Shown: positions 17,970 through 27,074 of the stretch, in pieces
How positions within the stretch are numbered: position 1 is the stretch's first letter
Layout of the letters: the number at the start of each line of letters is the position of its first letter
Assembly (NCBI GenBank): GCA_964479735.1
Contig: CAYZNT010000018.1
Location: 3,093-67,092, forward strand
Reading direction: 5' to 3'
Source of the DNA: an uncultured Clostridia bacterium
GTDB lineage: Bacteria > Acidobacteriota > Aminicenantia > UBA2199
Length of the DNA: 64,000 nucleotides
Translations under genes and position numbers: made by a program
The notes under the pieces: generated by a model
Database searches by the model: none
What the model saw: only the letters and a program-made list of their open reading frames with translations
Told to the model about the DNA's origin: nothing

Positions 17970-18533
17970 ATGGGCAACAAGCGAAGGGTGATCCGTCTGG
18001 CGACGGCCCTGGGTGCGACACTGCTGCTTTCCGGCTGCGTCCTGAGCCGCATGGAATCCTACTCCGAGCCCGGCACGCGGCTGCAGCGATTCGCGCGCAT
18101 CGCCGTCGACTACCGCAGCGACGACATGATCCACAAACGCCGCGCCGAACGCGCCTTCGCCGCCGCCCTGTCCCGCGAGGCGCGCGGCACCGAGCTGCTG
18201 CCCGCTCCGCCCCGGCAGCGCGGCGCCGACCTGGACGAGCTCCAGCGCCTCGGCTTCGACGGCTACCTGCGCATCGACCTGCGCGAGCGGGTGATCGACC
18301 CGCGCGGCGAGGCCCCGCTGCTGCTCATCGACGAGCCGCTGCCCCTGGCCTTCGGCGACATGTGCGAGTTCCTGGCCTTCAACCTCGACTTGGTGGACGT
18401 GCGCAGCGGCGAGCGGGTCTGGACCGCCACCTGCCACCTGACCCGCAACCAGCTGGCCTCCTTCAACCGCGTGGTCCGCGCCCTGGCGCGGCGCACCGCC
18501 AGCGACCTGCGCCGCACCGGCTATACGTTCTGA
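17970..18533 (+). CDS. Hypothetical lipoprotein
   Basis: SD AGGAGG before ATG 17970, lipobox LLLSGC. Confidence 0.65.
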   Translation: MGNKRRVIRLATALGATLLLSGCVLSRMESYSEPGTRLQRFARIAVDYRSDDMIHKRRAERAFAAALSREARGTELLPAPPRQRGADLDELQRLGFDGYLRIDLRERVIDPRGEAPLLLIDEPLPLAFGDMCEFLAFNLDLVDVRSGERVWTATCHLTRNQLASFNRVVRALARRTASDLRRTGYTF

Positions 18534-18707
18534 AGAAGGGGGCCCGGGCGAGTCGCGGCCCCGCCGCCAGCTCGGGAGCTCCGTCCGATCGGGCATTCGC
18601 CGATGGACCAGGCGTTGATCACCCCGGCCCGCTTCTTGAGCGGGACGAACGCACCGCTCCCGCAGGTGGAACCGCAACGAAAACCGGAGCCGACCGTTTC
18701 TCCCGGG

Positions 18708-19907
18708 TCAGCCCATGCACTCCTTGCGGTAGCGGTCCAGGGCCAGAAGCAGGAGCGTGCCGGCGCGCTCCAGCTTGTGGGCTTCCAGCACGTAGGCCAG
18801 GCGCACCTCGTTCTTGCCCCGTCCCGGCGTGCAGTAAAAGCCCTCGCCGGGGGCGACCATGACCGTCTCGTGGTTGTCGCTGAACTCGGTCAGGACCCAG
18901 CGGGCGAAGCGCTCGCAGTCGTCGATGGGCATCTTGACCATCAGGTAGAAGGCGCCCTCCGGCTTGTGCAGCACGATGTCGGGACGCTGGGTGAGGATGT
19001 CGCAGAGGATGTCGCGCCGCTTCTGGTACTCGGCCATCACCCCCTCGAAATAGGTGGGCGGCAGCCCGTAGGCGCCGATGGCCCCGATCTGCTCCAGGGT
19101 GGGGGGGCAGAGGCGCGCCTGGGCGAACTTGTTCACCGCTCCCATGACCGTCTCGCTGCGCGAGATGACCGCCCCGATGCGCGCGCCGCAGGCCGAGTAG
19201 CGCTTGGAGATGGAGTCGACCACGATCACCCGGTCCTCCAGCCCCTCCAGCTGCAGCACCGAGAAGTGGCGCTTGCCGTCGTAGGTGAACTCCTTGTAGA
19301 CCTCGTCGGCGATGAGGAAGAGGTTGTGCTTCCGGGCCAGCTCGCCCACCGCCCTGAGCTCCTCGGGAGCGTAGACCGTGCCGGTCGGGTTGTTGGGCGA
19401 ACAGAGCAGGATGGCCCGGGTCCGGGGGGTGATGCACTTTTCGATCCAGGCGATGGCCGGCAGGTGGAAACCGGTCTCGGCCAGGGTGGTGAAGGGCACC
19501 ACCTTCAGCCCGCACTGCGAGGCGTAGCCGTTGTAGTTGGTGTAGTAGGGCTCGGGAATGACGATCTCGTCGCCCGGGTCGGCGACCACGTTGAAGGCGA
19601 AGGAGATGGCCTCCGAGCCGCCGGTGGCGATGACGATGTTCTTCTTCTCCAGCTTGATCCCGTGGTGGCCGAAGTATCCGGCCATCGCCTCCTTGAGTGC
19701 CTCCAGGCCGTCGGAGGGCCCGTAGGAGAGCACCTTCTCGTCGTAGGCGCAGATCTTCTTCATGAAGACGTCGGGGGTGTGGATGTCGGGCTGGCCGATG
19801 TTCAGGTGGTAAACGGTGACGCCTTTTTTCTTGGCCGAGTTGGCCAGGGCGGAGAGCTTGCGGATCGGCGACTCCTGGATGTGTCGGGCGCGCTCGGAAA
19901 TTTTCAC
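18708..19907 (-). CDS. Class I PLP-dependent (aspartate-type) aminotransferase
   Basis: GTG 19907 with SD AAGGAGG. SPIRKL, HLNIGQPD, CSPNNPTG, ADEVY, DSISKRYSACGARIG, PEGAFY. Confidence 0.93.
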   Translation of the reverse strand: MKISERARHIQESPIRKLSALANSAKKKGVTVYHLNIGQPDIHTPDVFMKKICAYDEKVLSYGPSDGLEALKEAMAGYFGHHGIKLEKKNIVIATGGSEAISFAFNVVADPGDEIVIPEPYYTNYNGYASQCGLKVVPFTTLAETGFHLPAIAWIEKCITPRTRAILLCSPNNPTGTVYAPEELRAVGELARKHNLFLIADEVYKEFTYDGKRHFSVLQLEGLEDRVIVVDSISKRYSACGARIGAVISRSETVMGAVNKFAQARLCPPTLEQIGAIGAYGLPPTYFEGVMAEYQKRRDILCDILTQRPDIVLHKPEGAFYLMVKMPIDDCERFARWVLTEFSDNHETVMVAPGEGFYCTPGRGKNEVRLAYVLEAHKLERAGTLLLLALDRYRKECMG

Positions 19908-19944
19908 GGGGTCCTCCTTCCGGATCGGTCGTGCTGGAAGCCTA

Positions 19945-22332
19945 TTATACCGCCTCCGGCGGCGGGCGGTCAAACGGCTTTCCAGCCCCCCCCCGCCTGG
20001 CCGGCCCGAACCTCCTCAGCAGCAGCAGCGGCAGCAGCAGCGGCATGGGAGCGGCGGCGGCGACCCCGATGTGGCGGTTGGAGATCAGGAAAGAAAACAT
20101 CTCGGAGAACGGGTCGTCGTTGACCAGGTAGACCCAGGTGGAGGAGGGCCCCCTCAACCCCGCCGCGGCGAGGTCTTCGACGGAGGGGGCCGGCCCCAGC
20201 CGGGCCAGGGTCTCCGCCACCGCCCGCCCCAGCTGCTCCTGCAGCGGGCAGAACTCCTCGACGATCCGCTTGTGGTACTCCTCCAGCGGGACCCGGCCGG
20301 CCAGGCGGAAGAGGTGGATGTTCTCGCGAATGTCGGCCACCTTCGACAGGTGTTCGGCCCAGAGGCGGTCGAGGTGCAGGAGCCGGGCGCGACGCGCCGT
20401 CGCCTCCCCGCCGCTCGCACCGAAGAGGATCTCCTCCCGCCAGCCGCAGACAATCCCGCGCTGTTCCTCCAGCAGGGAGGTGTACTGGTGCAGCGTCCTG
20501 CGGATGGCGGCGTTCTGGCCCTCGATCACCCGCTGGATGTGGGCGATGTCGCGCCCCGCCTGCGGAGAGGCGATCCGCCCGTCCGGCCCGGCCTTCCACC
20601 CCCGCCCCGCCGCCAGGTCGCGGATTCCGTAGCGCAGCAGCAGGTCGTCCTCCGGGGAGACGAAGAAACAGGATGACCCCGGGTCGCCCTGGCGGCCGGC
20701 GCGTCCCCGCAGCTGCAGGTCGACCCGGCGGCTCTCGTGGCGGTTGGCGCCGATCACGCAGAGGCCGCCCCGGGCGGACACCGCCCCGCGGTCGCGGCCG
20801 TCGGCGCCGCCCAGGCGGATGTCGGTGCCGCGCCCCGCCAGGTTGGTCGAGATGGTGACCGCGTGGAGGGCGCCGGCCCCGGAGACGACGCGCGCCTCCT
20901 GCTCGTCGTTCTTGGCGTTGAGGACGGCGCAGCGGACGCCGGCGGCGGCCAGCCGGAACGCGAGAAGCTCCGACTCGGCCACCGAGGCCGTGCCCACCAG
21001 CACCGGCCTCCCCGTGGCGTGGAGCGCGGCGACCTCCTCCACCAGCGCCCGGAGCTTGGACTCCCGATCGGCATAGACCCGGTCGGGGTGGTCGATCCGG
21101 AGGCAGGGCCGGTTGGGCGGGACCACCACGGTCTTCATCCCGTACCGCTCGAACAGCTCGTCCGCCGCCGGCACGGCGGTGGCGGTCATGCCGCACAGGC
21201 GCGGGTAGAGGCGCACGAAGTGCTGGAGGGTGATGGAGCCGAGCACCTTCCCCTCGGGTTGGACCGCCAGGCCCTCTCGGGCCTCCACCGCCTGCTGGAT
21301 CCCGTCCGGCCAGCGCCTCCGGTCCGCGACCCGGCCCGTGAACTCGTCCACGATCTCGATCTCCCCCCCGCGCACGATGTAGTCCACGTCCCGGCGCAGC
21401 AGCGCCCGGGCGTGGAGAGCCAGGTTCACCCCGGTGAGCAGGGGCTGGTTCTCCGCGGAGTAGAGGTTCCCGCACTCCAGCCACTTCTCCAGCCGGCGGA
21501 TGCCGCGCTCGGCCAGGAAGACGTTGCGCCCGTTCGCGTCCACCCCGAAATCGGCCCCGGGCTCCAGGCGGGAGATCAGCCAGGCCAGGCGCAGGGGATC
21601 ACAGGGCGGCAGCGGCTCCTCCCCGGCGATCACCAGCGGCACGCGAGCCTCGTCCACCAGGATGAAATCGGCCTCGTCCACGATGGCCAGGTGGAACTCC
21701 CTCTGCACCACCTCTTCCGGCTCCAGGCAGAGATGGTCTCGCAAAAAGTCGAACCCGGCCTCGCGCGCGGCCAGGTAGGTCACCTCCGCTCCGTAGGCTT
21801 GGCGGCGCCTCCCCGCCTCCATCCCCTCCTGGACGAAGTCCGCCCGCAGTCCCAGGAGGCGGTAGACCGGCCCCATCCAGGCGGCGTCCCTCCGGGCGAG
21901 ATAGTCATTGGCGGTGAAGACGTGCACCCCCCTCCCCACCAGGGCATGGAGCGCGGCGGGAAAGACCGCGACCAGGGTCTTCCCCTCCCCGGTGGGCATC
22001 TCCACCATCCTCCCCCGGTGCAGGGCGATGGCGGCCACCAGCTGGACGTCGAAGGGATCCAGCCCCAGGGCGCGCCTCGCCGCCTCTCCGACCAGCGCAT
22101 AGGCCTCGACCAGGAGCTCATCCAGGTCGATTCCCCGCCGCGCCTTTTCCCCCAGCTCGCGCATCGCGCCTTCGAGGCCGGCCTCGTCCAGCCCGCGCAT
22201 CCCCCGCTTCCGAATCTCCCCCGCCAGCCGGAGATAGGGGGCCAGGTCCGTTTCGACCGGGTTCCCCCTCCAGCGGTTCCAGGCATCCATCATTTTGGCA
22301 AAACGGGAATCCTTGATTCCGGATGACTCCAT
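19945..22332 (-). CDS. secA2: Accessory Sec translocase ATPase SecA2 (actinobacterial type)
   Basis: MPTGEGKT, VHVFTANDYLARRD, IVDEAD, GMTATA, GRPVLVGT, STNLAGRGTDI, QLRGRAGRQGDPG. About 795 aa, no C-terminal Zn finger, PSSTWVYLVNDDPF tail. SD AGGAGG. Confidence 0.82.
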   Translation of the reverse strand: MESSGIKDSRFAKMMDAWNRWRGNPVETDLAPYLRLAGEIRKRGMRGLDEAGLEGAMRELGEKARRGIDLDELLVEAYALVGEAARRALGLDPFDVQLVAAIALHRGRMVEMPTGEGKTLVAVFPAALHALVGRGVHVFTANDYLARRDAAWMGPVYRLLGLRADFVQEGMEAGRRRQAYGAEVTYLAAREAGFDFLRDHLCLEPEEVVQREFHLAIVDEADFILVDEARVPLVIAGEEPLPPCDPLRLAWLISRLEPGADFGVDANGRNVFLAERGIRRLEKWLECGNLYSAENQPLLTGVNLALHARALLRRDVDYIVRGGEIEIVDEFTGRVADRRRWPDGIQQAVEAREGLAVQPEGKVLGSITLQHFVRLYPRLCGMTATAVPAADELFERYGMKTVVVPPNRPCLRIDHPDRVYADRESKLRALVEEVAALHATGRPVLVGTASVAESELLAFRLAAAGVRCAVLNAKNDEQEARVVSGAGALHAVTISTNLAGRGTDIRLGGADGRDRGAVSARGGLCVIGANRHESRRVDLQLRGRAGRQGDPGSSCFFVSPEDDLLLRYGIRDLAAGRGWKAGPDGRIASPQAGRDIAHIQRVIEGQNAAIRRTLHQYTSLLEEQRGIVCGWREEILFGASGGEATARRARLLHLDRLWAEHLSKVADIRENIHLFRLAGRVPLEEYHKRIVEEFCPLQEQLGRAVAETLARLGPAPSVEDLAAAGLRGPSSTWVYLVNDDPFSEMFSFLISNRHIGVAAAAPMPLLLPLLLLRRFGPARRGGAGKPFDRPPPEAV

Positions 22333-22377
22333 GGGTCTCCTCCTTTCAGGAATTTTCTGAACGAAACCGGGAGGAGA

Positions 22378-22599
22378 TCAGAACGGAGGGGCACGGCCCC
22401 GGAGCGGGGCAGGAAAGAAGGAGCGCGGGGTGCCGCTCCCCGAGGGTGCAGGAATCGCCTTTTTCCCGGGCGGGGGCAGCACGAAGAGGGGCAGGAAGAG
22501 CAGCGCGAGGGGAAAGACCACGGCGAAGAGGAGCAGGGCGAGGGCCAGCACCAGCAACGCCGGGCCGACATGACGGACTCGCCACTTCGCCTGGTTCAC
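22378..22599 (-). CDS. Small putative membrane protein (73 aa) upstream of secA2
   Basis: GTG 22599 after TATAAT (22629-24) and AGGGTG. MNQAKWRVRHVGPALLVLALALLLFAVVFPLALLFLPLFVLPPPG... Confidence 0.45.
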   Translation of the reverse strand: MNQAKWRVRHVGPALLVLALALLLFAVVFPLALLFLPLFVLPPPGKKAIPAPSGSGTPRSFFPAPLRGRAPPF

Positions 22600-22729
22600 G
22601 AATTTCACCCTGTTCGGATGCTCATTATACGCGAAAAGAGAAACGTTCGCCCGGGCGAAACCGGCGCCGGCTTGACAAGCCGCGGGGGCGGTTTTGGCGG
22701 AGGCGGCTTCCGCGGTATAATCGCCCGGG

Positions 22730-23767
22730 ATGGACAAGAAGATCTGGCTGCCCGACCTCTCCGCCGACGAGCTGTACGACGAGCTGCAGCCGCTGGGGCT
22801 GAAGACTTTCGTGGTGAAGCAGATCCGGCAGTGGGTCTTCCTGAAGAACAACCCGGACATCGCGACCTGGAGCAACATCTCCGCCGAGAACCGCCGCCGC
22901 CTGGCCGAGAGGTTCCACGCCGACCCGCCCCGGGTGCTGATGCAGAGCCAGGACGAATCCGGGACCCGGAAATACCTGCTGGAGCTGGAGGACGGGGCCC
23001 GGGTGGAGTCGGTGCTGATCCCCGAGAAGGACCACCACACCCTCTGCCTCTCCTCCCAGGTGGGCTGCCCCCTGGGCTGCGTCTTCTGCGCCACCGGGCA
23101 GCTGGGGTTGAAACGCAACCTGGGCGCGGGCGAAATGGTGGCCCAGGCGCTGCTGATGCGCCGCGCCCTTCCGCCGCGGGCCCCGCTGAACCTGGTCTTC
23201 ATGGGCATGGGGGAGCCGCTGCTGAACTACGAGAACCTCAAGAAGGCCCTGGAGACCATCACCGCCGGGGACGGGATGGCCATCTCTCCCCGCCACGTGA
23301 CCGTCTCCACCGCCGGGATCCTGGCCGGGCTGAAAAGGCTGGAGGCCGACTTCCCGGCCCTGAAGATCGCCTTTTCGCTGAACGCCTCCGACGCCGCCAC
23401 GCGACTGAAGCTGATGCCCGTCTCGCGGGTGGAGAAGCTGGAGGAGATCCTGGCCTGGTTCCGCTCCCGCAAGCGGCGCCACCGCATCACCTTCGAGTAC
23501 GTGATGGTGGCCGGGGTGAACGACTCCGCCGCCGACGCCCGGAGGCTGGTCTCCCTGCTGCACGGCATCCCGGCCAAGGTGAACCTGATCCCCCTCAATC
23601 CCAACCCCGGCGTGGACCTGAAGGCCCCGGATCCGCAGGCGGTGGCCTCGTTCCAGCAGCTGCTCATGGACCGGGGCATGACCGCGGTGGTCCGCTGGTC
23701 CAAGGGCGGCGGGATCCGCTCGGCCTGCGGCCAGCTGGCGGGGGGAACCGGGCCGCTTCCCTCCTGA
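22730..23767 (+). CDS. rlmN: Dual-specificity RNA methyltransferase RlmN (radical SAM)
   Basis: CLSSQVGCPLGCVFC, VFMGMGEPLLN, TVSTAG, TFEYVM, IRSACGQL. Confidence 0.96.
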   Translation: MDKKIWLPDLSADELYDELQPLGLKTFVVKQIRQWVFLKNNPDIATWSNISAENRRRLAERFHADPPRVLMQSQDESGTRKYLLELEDGARVESVLIPEKDHHTLCLSSQVGCPLGCVFCATGQLGLKRNLGAGEMVAQALLMRRALPPRAPLNLVFMGMGEPLLNYENLKKALETITAGDGMAISPRHVTVSTAGILAGLKRLEADFPALKIAFSLNASDAATRLKLMPVSRVEKLEEILAWFRSRKRRHRITFEYVMVAGVNDSAADARRLVSLLHGIPAKVNLIPLNPNPGVDLKAPDPQAVASFQQLLMDRGMTAVVRWSKGGGIRSACGQLAGGTGPLPS

Positions 23768-23789
23768 ACCGGGAGGAGACATTTTGGGG

Positions 23790-23841
23790 TTGAAAAAAGC
23801 GAAGGAATATATTAATATAGTATTACTGCTACATTGTAGCA
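23790..23841 (+). promoter_or_regulatory. blaI-like promoter (TTGAAA-N17-TAATAT) with downstream inverted repeat TGCTACA-T-TGTAGCA
   Basis: AT-rich patch. -35 at 23790-95, -10 at 23813-18, 7-1-7 inverted repeat at 23827-23841 resembling the TACA/TGTA BlaI/CopY operator. Confidence 0.7.
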
Positions 23842-23856
23842 AAAGGAGGAACCGCG

Positions 23857-24252
23857 GTGGGCACGAAAGAAAAGCGCGGCCGGACCCCCGAGCTGTCACG
23901 GGCCGAGTTCGACATCCTGCGCCCCCTCTGGAAAGAGGGGCCGCTCTCGGTGCGCGAGGTGCACGACCGGGTGCAGGCCGCCCGCGGCTGGGCCTATACC
24001 ACCACCAAGACCCTGATGGACCGAATGGCCGCCAAGGGGCTGCTGGAGCGGAGCGAGTTCCACGGCGTCTTCCTCTACCGCCCGCAGGTCACCCGCCCCG
24101 CCGGCCTGGCGCGGCTCGTGCAGTTCTTCGCCGACCGGGTGCTGGAAACCGACCCGCAGGCGGTGGTCTCGCTCTTCGCCCGGAGCGGCTCGCTCACCCG
24201 CGAGGAGATGGGCGAGCTGGAGCGGATCCTGGGGGAGCTGAAGGAGAAGTGA
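23857..24252 (+). CDS. BlaI/MecI/CopY-family transcriptional repressor
   Basis: ELSRAEFDILRPLW, WAYTTTKTLMDRMAAKGLLER, FFADRVL. SD GGAGG, GTG start. Confidence 0.93.
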   Translation: MGTKEKRGRTPELSRAEFDILRPLWKEGPLSVREVHDRVQAARGWAYTTTKTLMDRMAAKGLLERSEFHGVFLYRPQVTRPAGLARLVQFFADRVLETDPQAVVSLFARSGSLTREEMGELERILGELKEK

Positions 24253-24253
24253 G

Positions 24254-25717
24254 ATGGAATCGGCCCTGCTTGACCACCTGTCGGGAACCTCCCTCTACGC
24301 CGCCCTGACCGCCGCCGCCGTCTGGGCGATCCTGCGCTTCCTCCCCCGCCTCTCCCCCCGCTGGCGCCTGGCCCTCTGGTCCCTGGTGCTGCTGCGCCTG
24401 CTGCTGCCGGCCGGTCTCTCCCTGCCCTGGTCGCTGCGCACCGGGCTCGACAGCCTGCGCCTGATGGTGACCGGATCGGCCCCCGCCGCCCACGACGCCG
24501 AACCCGGTTTCGAGGTTCCGGGATCCCGGGCCGGCTTCCCGGCCCTCCTCGCCACCGGGAGCCCGGAGAGCCTGGAGAGGCTGCTCCTGGCCGGCTGGCT
24601 GGCGGGGAGCCTCCTGTTCGCCGGCCTCTACCGGTTTCAACTGAGCCGCTATCGCCGGATCGCCCGCCAGGCCGCCCCGGTCTCCGACCCGGAGGTCCTG
24701 GAACTGGCCAACCGCTGGCGCCGACGCTTCGCGGTCCGCCGCCCGGTGACGCTGCTTCTCGGGGGCGCCACCCCCTACACCGTCGGCCTGTTCCATCCCC
24801 GCATCGTCCTGCCGCCGCTTTTGCTCGAAACCGGCCACCGCGACGCGCTGGAGCCGGTCATCGCCCACGAGATGGCCCACGTCGGCCGCCTCGACTCCCT
24901 CTGGCTGGCGCTGCAGAACCTGCTGCAGGCCGCCTACTTCTTCCATCCCGCGGTCTGGGCCGCCAACCGGCAGCTGAACGCCGCTCGCGAGTCGGTGTGC
25001 GACGGCATGGTACTGGCCTGGCGCTCCATGCCCGCCGCCCGCTACGGCCGGGGGCTGCTGGCCGTTCTGCGCGCCGGCGGCCGCGCCCCGCAAACCGCCG
25101 CCCCGGGCATGAGCCTCTCCGGCCGGCAGTGGAAAACCCGGCTCCGAAACCTCAAAGGAGAACACGACATGAAAGGAAAACGAACGCTGCTCCCCTACCT
25201 CGGCGCCTCCGCGCTGGCGCTGCTGCTGCTGCCGATGGCCGCCCGCACCCCGGTCGGCCCGGCAATCCCCCCCATTGCCGGGGCAACCGCCGCTCCTGCG
25301 GACGATCCCTCCGCGGCGCTGCTCGCCGACCCGCTGCCCGGCGCCCGGCTCACCTCCCCCTTCGGCTGGCGCCTCCACCCCATCTCCAAGCGGAAGGACT
25401 TCCACTCCGGCGTCGACCTGGCCGCCCCGGCTGGCACCCCGGTGCGGGCCGCGGCCGCCGGCACGGTGGTGAAAATCGGGGGGGAGAGAACGGGAGACCA
25501 GGGGCTGACGGTGGTTGTCGACCACGGCGGCGGGCGACAGACCTTCTACGCCTTCCTGGCCGAACGGTCGGTCACCCTGGACCAGGCGGTGGCGGCGGGC
25601 CAGAGGCTCGGCGCGATCGGGGCCGTCGGCCGCTCCACCGGCCCCCACCTCCACTTCCAGGTGATGCAGGGCGAAGAGCCGATCGACCCTCAACCGCTGG
25701 TGAACTGGCAGAGATGA
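24254..25717 (+). CDS. BlaR1-type M56 peptidase fused to a C-terminal M23 peptidase
   Basis: TM N-terminus, VIAHEMAHVGRLD (HExxH), FFHPAVW, ARESVCD. C-terminus TSPFGWRLHP, FHSGVD, GRSTGPHLHF. Confidence 0.9.
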   Translation: MESALLDHLSGTSLYAALTAAAVWAILRFLPRLSPRWRLALWSLVLLRLLLPAGLSLPWSLRTGLDSLRLMVTGSAPAAHDAEPGFEVPGSRAGFPALLATGSPESLERLLLAGWLAGSLLFAGLYRFQLSRYRRIARQAAPVSDPEVLELANRWRRRFAVRRPVTLLLGGATPYTVGLFHPRIVLPPLLLETGHRDALEPVIAHEMAHVGRLDSLWLALQNLLQAAYFFHPAVWAANRQLNAARESVCDGMVLAWRSMPAARYGRGLLAVLRAGGRAPQTAAPGMSLSGRQWKTRLRNLKGEHDMKGKRTLLPYLGASALALLLLPMAARTPVGPAIPPIAGATAAPADDPSAALLADPLPGARLTSPFGWRLHPISKRKDFHSGVDLAAPAGTPVRAAAAGTVVKIGGERTGDQGLTVVVDHGGGRQTFYAFLAERSVTLDQAVAAGQRLGAIGAVGRSTGPHLHFQVMQGEEPIDPQPLVNWQR

Positions 25718-25766
25718 TCCCCCGGGCCGGGGCCGGCCGCAGGCCCCGGCCGCCCTCCGCAGCCGG

Positions 25767-25795
25767 TTGTCCGGCGACGGGAATCACATTATAAT
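25767..25795 (+). promoter_or_regulatory. thiF/thiS promoter TTGTCC-N17-TATAAT
   Basis: TTGTCC 25767-72, TATAAT 25790-95, 13 nt before ATG 25809. Confidence 0.65.
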
Positions 25796-25808
25796 GGTGC
25801 GTTGAACC

Positions 25809-26390
25809 ATGGTCTCCAGACTTGACATTCTCGTTTCCCGGAGCGTGGGCATCGCCGGCTGCGGCGGGTTGGGATCCAACTGCGCGGTGGCGCTGGTGCG
25901 CGCCGGGGTGGGGAAACTGGTGCTGACCGACTTCGACCTGGTCACCCTGAGCAACCTCAACCGCCAGTACTACTTCCTCGACCAGGTGGGATTGAAGAAG
26001 GTCCACGCCCTGCGCGACAACCTGCTGCGCATCGACCCTCGGGTGCAGGTCGAGGCCCACGACCTGCGCCTCGAGCCCGATTCGCTGCGCCGCCTCTTCG
26101 CGGGATGCGACGTCATCGTCGAGGCCTTCGACCGCGCCGACCAGAAGAGGATGCTGGTCGAGACGGTGCTCGAGCACTTTCCGGCCACCCCCCTGGTCTG
26201 CGGTTCGGGGCTGGCCGGCTGGGGCCGCTCCGAGGAGATCCGGGTGGAGCGGCACGGCCGCCTCACCCTCATCGGGGACGGCACCCGCGAGGTGAGCCCC
26301 GGCGAGCCCCCCCTGGCGCCGCGGGTGGGCATCGTGGCCGCCATGCAGGCCAACCAGGTGCTGGAGATCCTGCTCGGAGGGCCTTCATGA
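25809..26390 (+). CDS. thiF: ThiF-family (E1-like) sulfur-carrier adenylyltransferase
   Basis: VGIAGCGGLGSN, DFDLVTLSNLNRQ, VGLKKV, CDVIVEAFD, PLAPRV. Confidence 0.88.
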   Translation: MVSRLDILVSRSVGIAGCGGLGSNCAVALVRAGVGKLVLTDFDLVTLSNLNRQYYFLDQVGLKKVHALRDNLLRIDPRVQVEAHDLRLEPDSLRRLFAGCDVIVEAFDRADQKRMLVETVLEHFPATPLVCGSGLAGWGRSEEIRVERHGRLTLIGDGTREVSPGEPPLAPRVGIVAAMQANQVLEILLGGPS

Positions 26391-26590
26391 AGATCCTTCT
26401 CAATAACCGGGAGGCGACCTACGACGCCTCCCAGCTCACCGTGCGCCAGCTCCTCGACGCCATGAACTTCACCTTCCCGATGATCGTGGTCAAGGTCAAC
26501 GACAAGTTGGTGAAGAGGGAGCAGTACGGCGACGTCCTGGTGCGCGACGGCGACTCGGTGGAGGCGATCCACCTGATCTCCGGGGGATAG
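26387..26590 (+). CDS. thiS: ThiS/MoaD-family ubiquitin-like sulfur carrier
   Basis: ATGA overlap with thiF. 67 aa ending in DGDSVEAIHLISGG (C-terminal GG). Confidence 0.9.
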   Translation: MKILLNNREATYDASQLTVRQLLDAMNFTFPMIVVKVNDKLVKREQYGDVLVRDGDSVEAIHLISGG

Positions 26591-26649
26591 GCCGAGGCCG
26601 GAGCCTGGCCGGTTTCCCGGCTTCGGTGCGCGGCGCCGGGGTTTCCCCC

Positions 26650-27072
26650 CTACCTCGTCCCCCTCCGCCAGCGGGTCAGGAAGAAGGTCTCCACTTGGTG
26701 GGCGCGGTAGGGCCGTCCCAGGAAGGTGTGCCTGCAGCCCATGTAGGCCGCGCATTCGAAGGGCTTGACCGGGTGGATGGCGCAGCGGCCGGACTCGTCC
26801 AGGAAGACGCAGACCCCCTTCTCCTGCTCGTAGTAGTCGGGCACCTCGCTCCCGGGCTCGCACACGAAGCGCCGTCCCTTGCGCTTGGCCGGGGCGAGGA
26901 TCATCACCTTTCGGGTGCCGTGCTTCACGGGGCGCTTCACCAGGTAGGTGGCGATGAGTTCGGGTTCGCCCAGTTTCAGGAAGGCGGCGATCTTGGCCAC
27001 GTCCTCGGGCAGGAGCCGGCCGGGGTCGGATCGGCAGGCGCTGATGCACTTGTCGCAGGAGCAGGCGTCCAT
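26650..27072 (-). CDS. YkgJ/UPF0153-family Cys-cluster protein
   Basis: CSCDKCISAC...CVFLDESGRCAIHPVKPFEC. Confidence 0.8.
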   Translation of the reverse strand: MDACSCDKCISACRSDPGRLLPEDVAKIAAFLKLGEPELIATYLVKRPVKHGTRKVMILAPAKRKGRRFVCEPGSEVPDYYEQEKGVCVFLDESGRCAIHPVKPFECAAYMGCRHTFLGRPYRAHQVETFFLTRWRRGTR

Positions 27073-27074
27073 GG

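Noticed and set aside
18533-18708. Structured intergenic region as an ncRNA or REP element
   Set aside because: Only imperfect GC stems are present, and I found no second copy elsewhere in the window.
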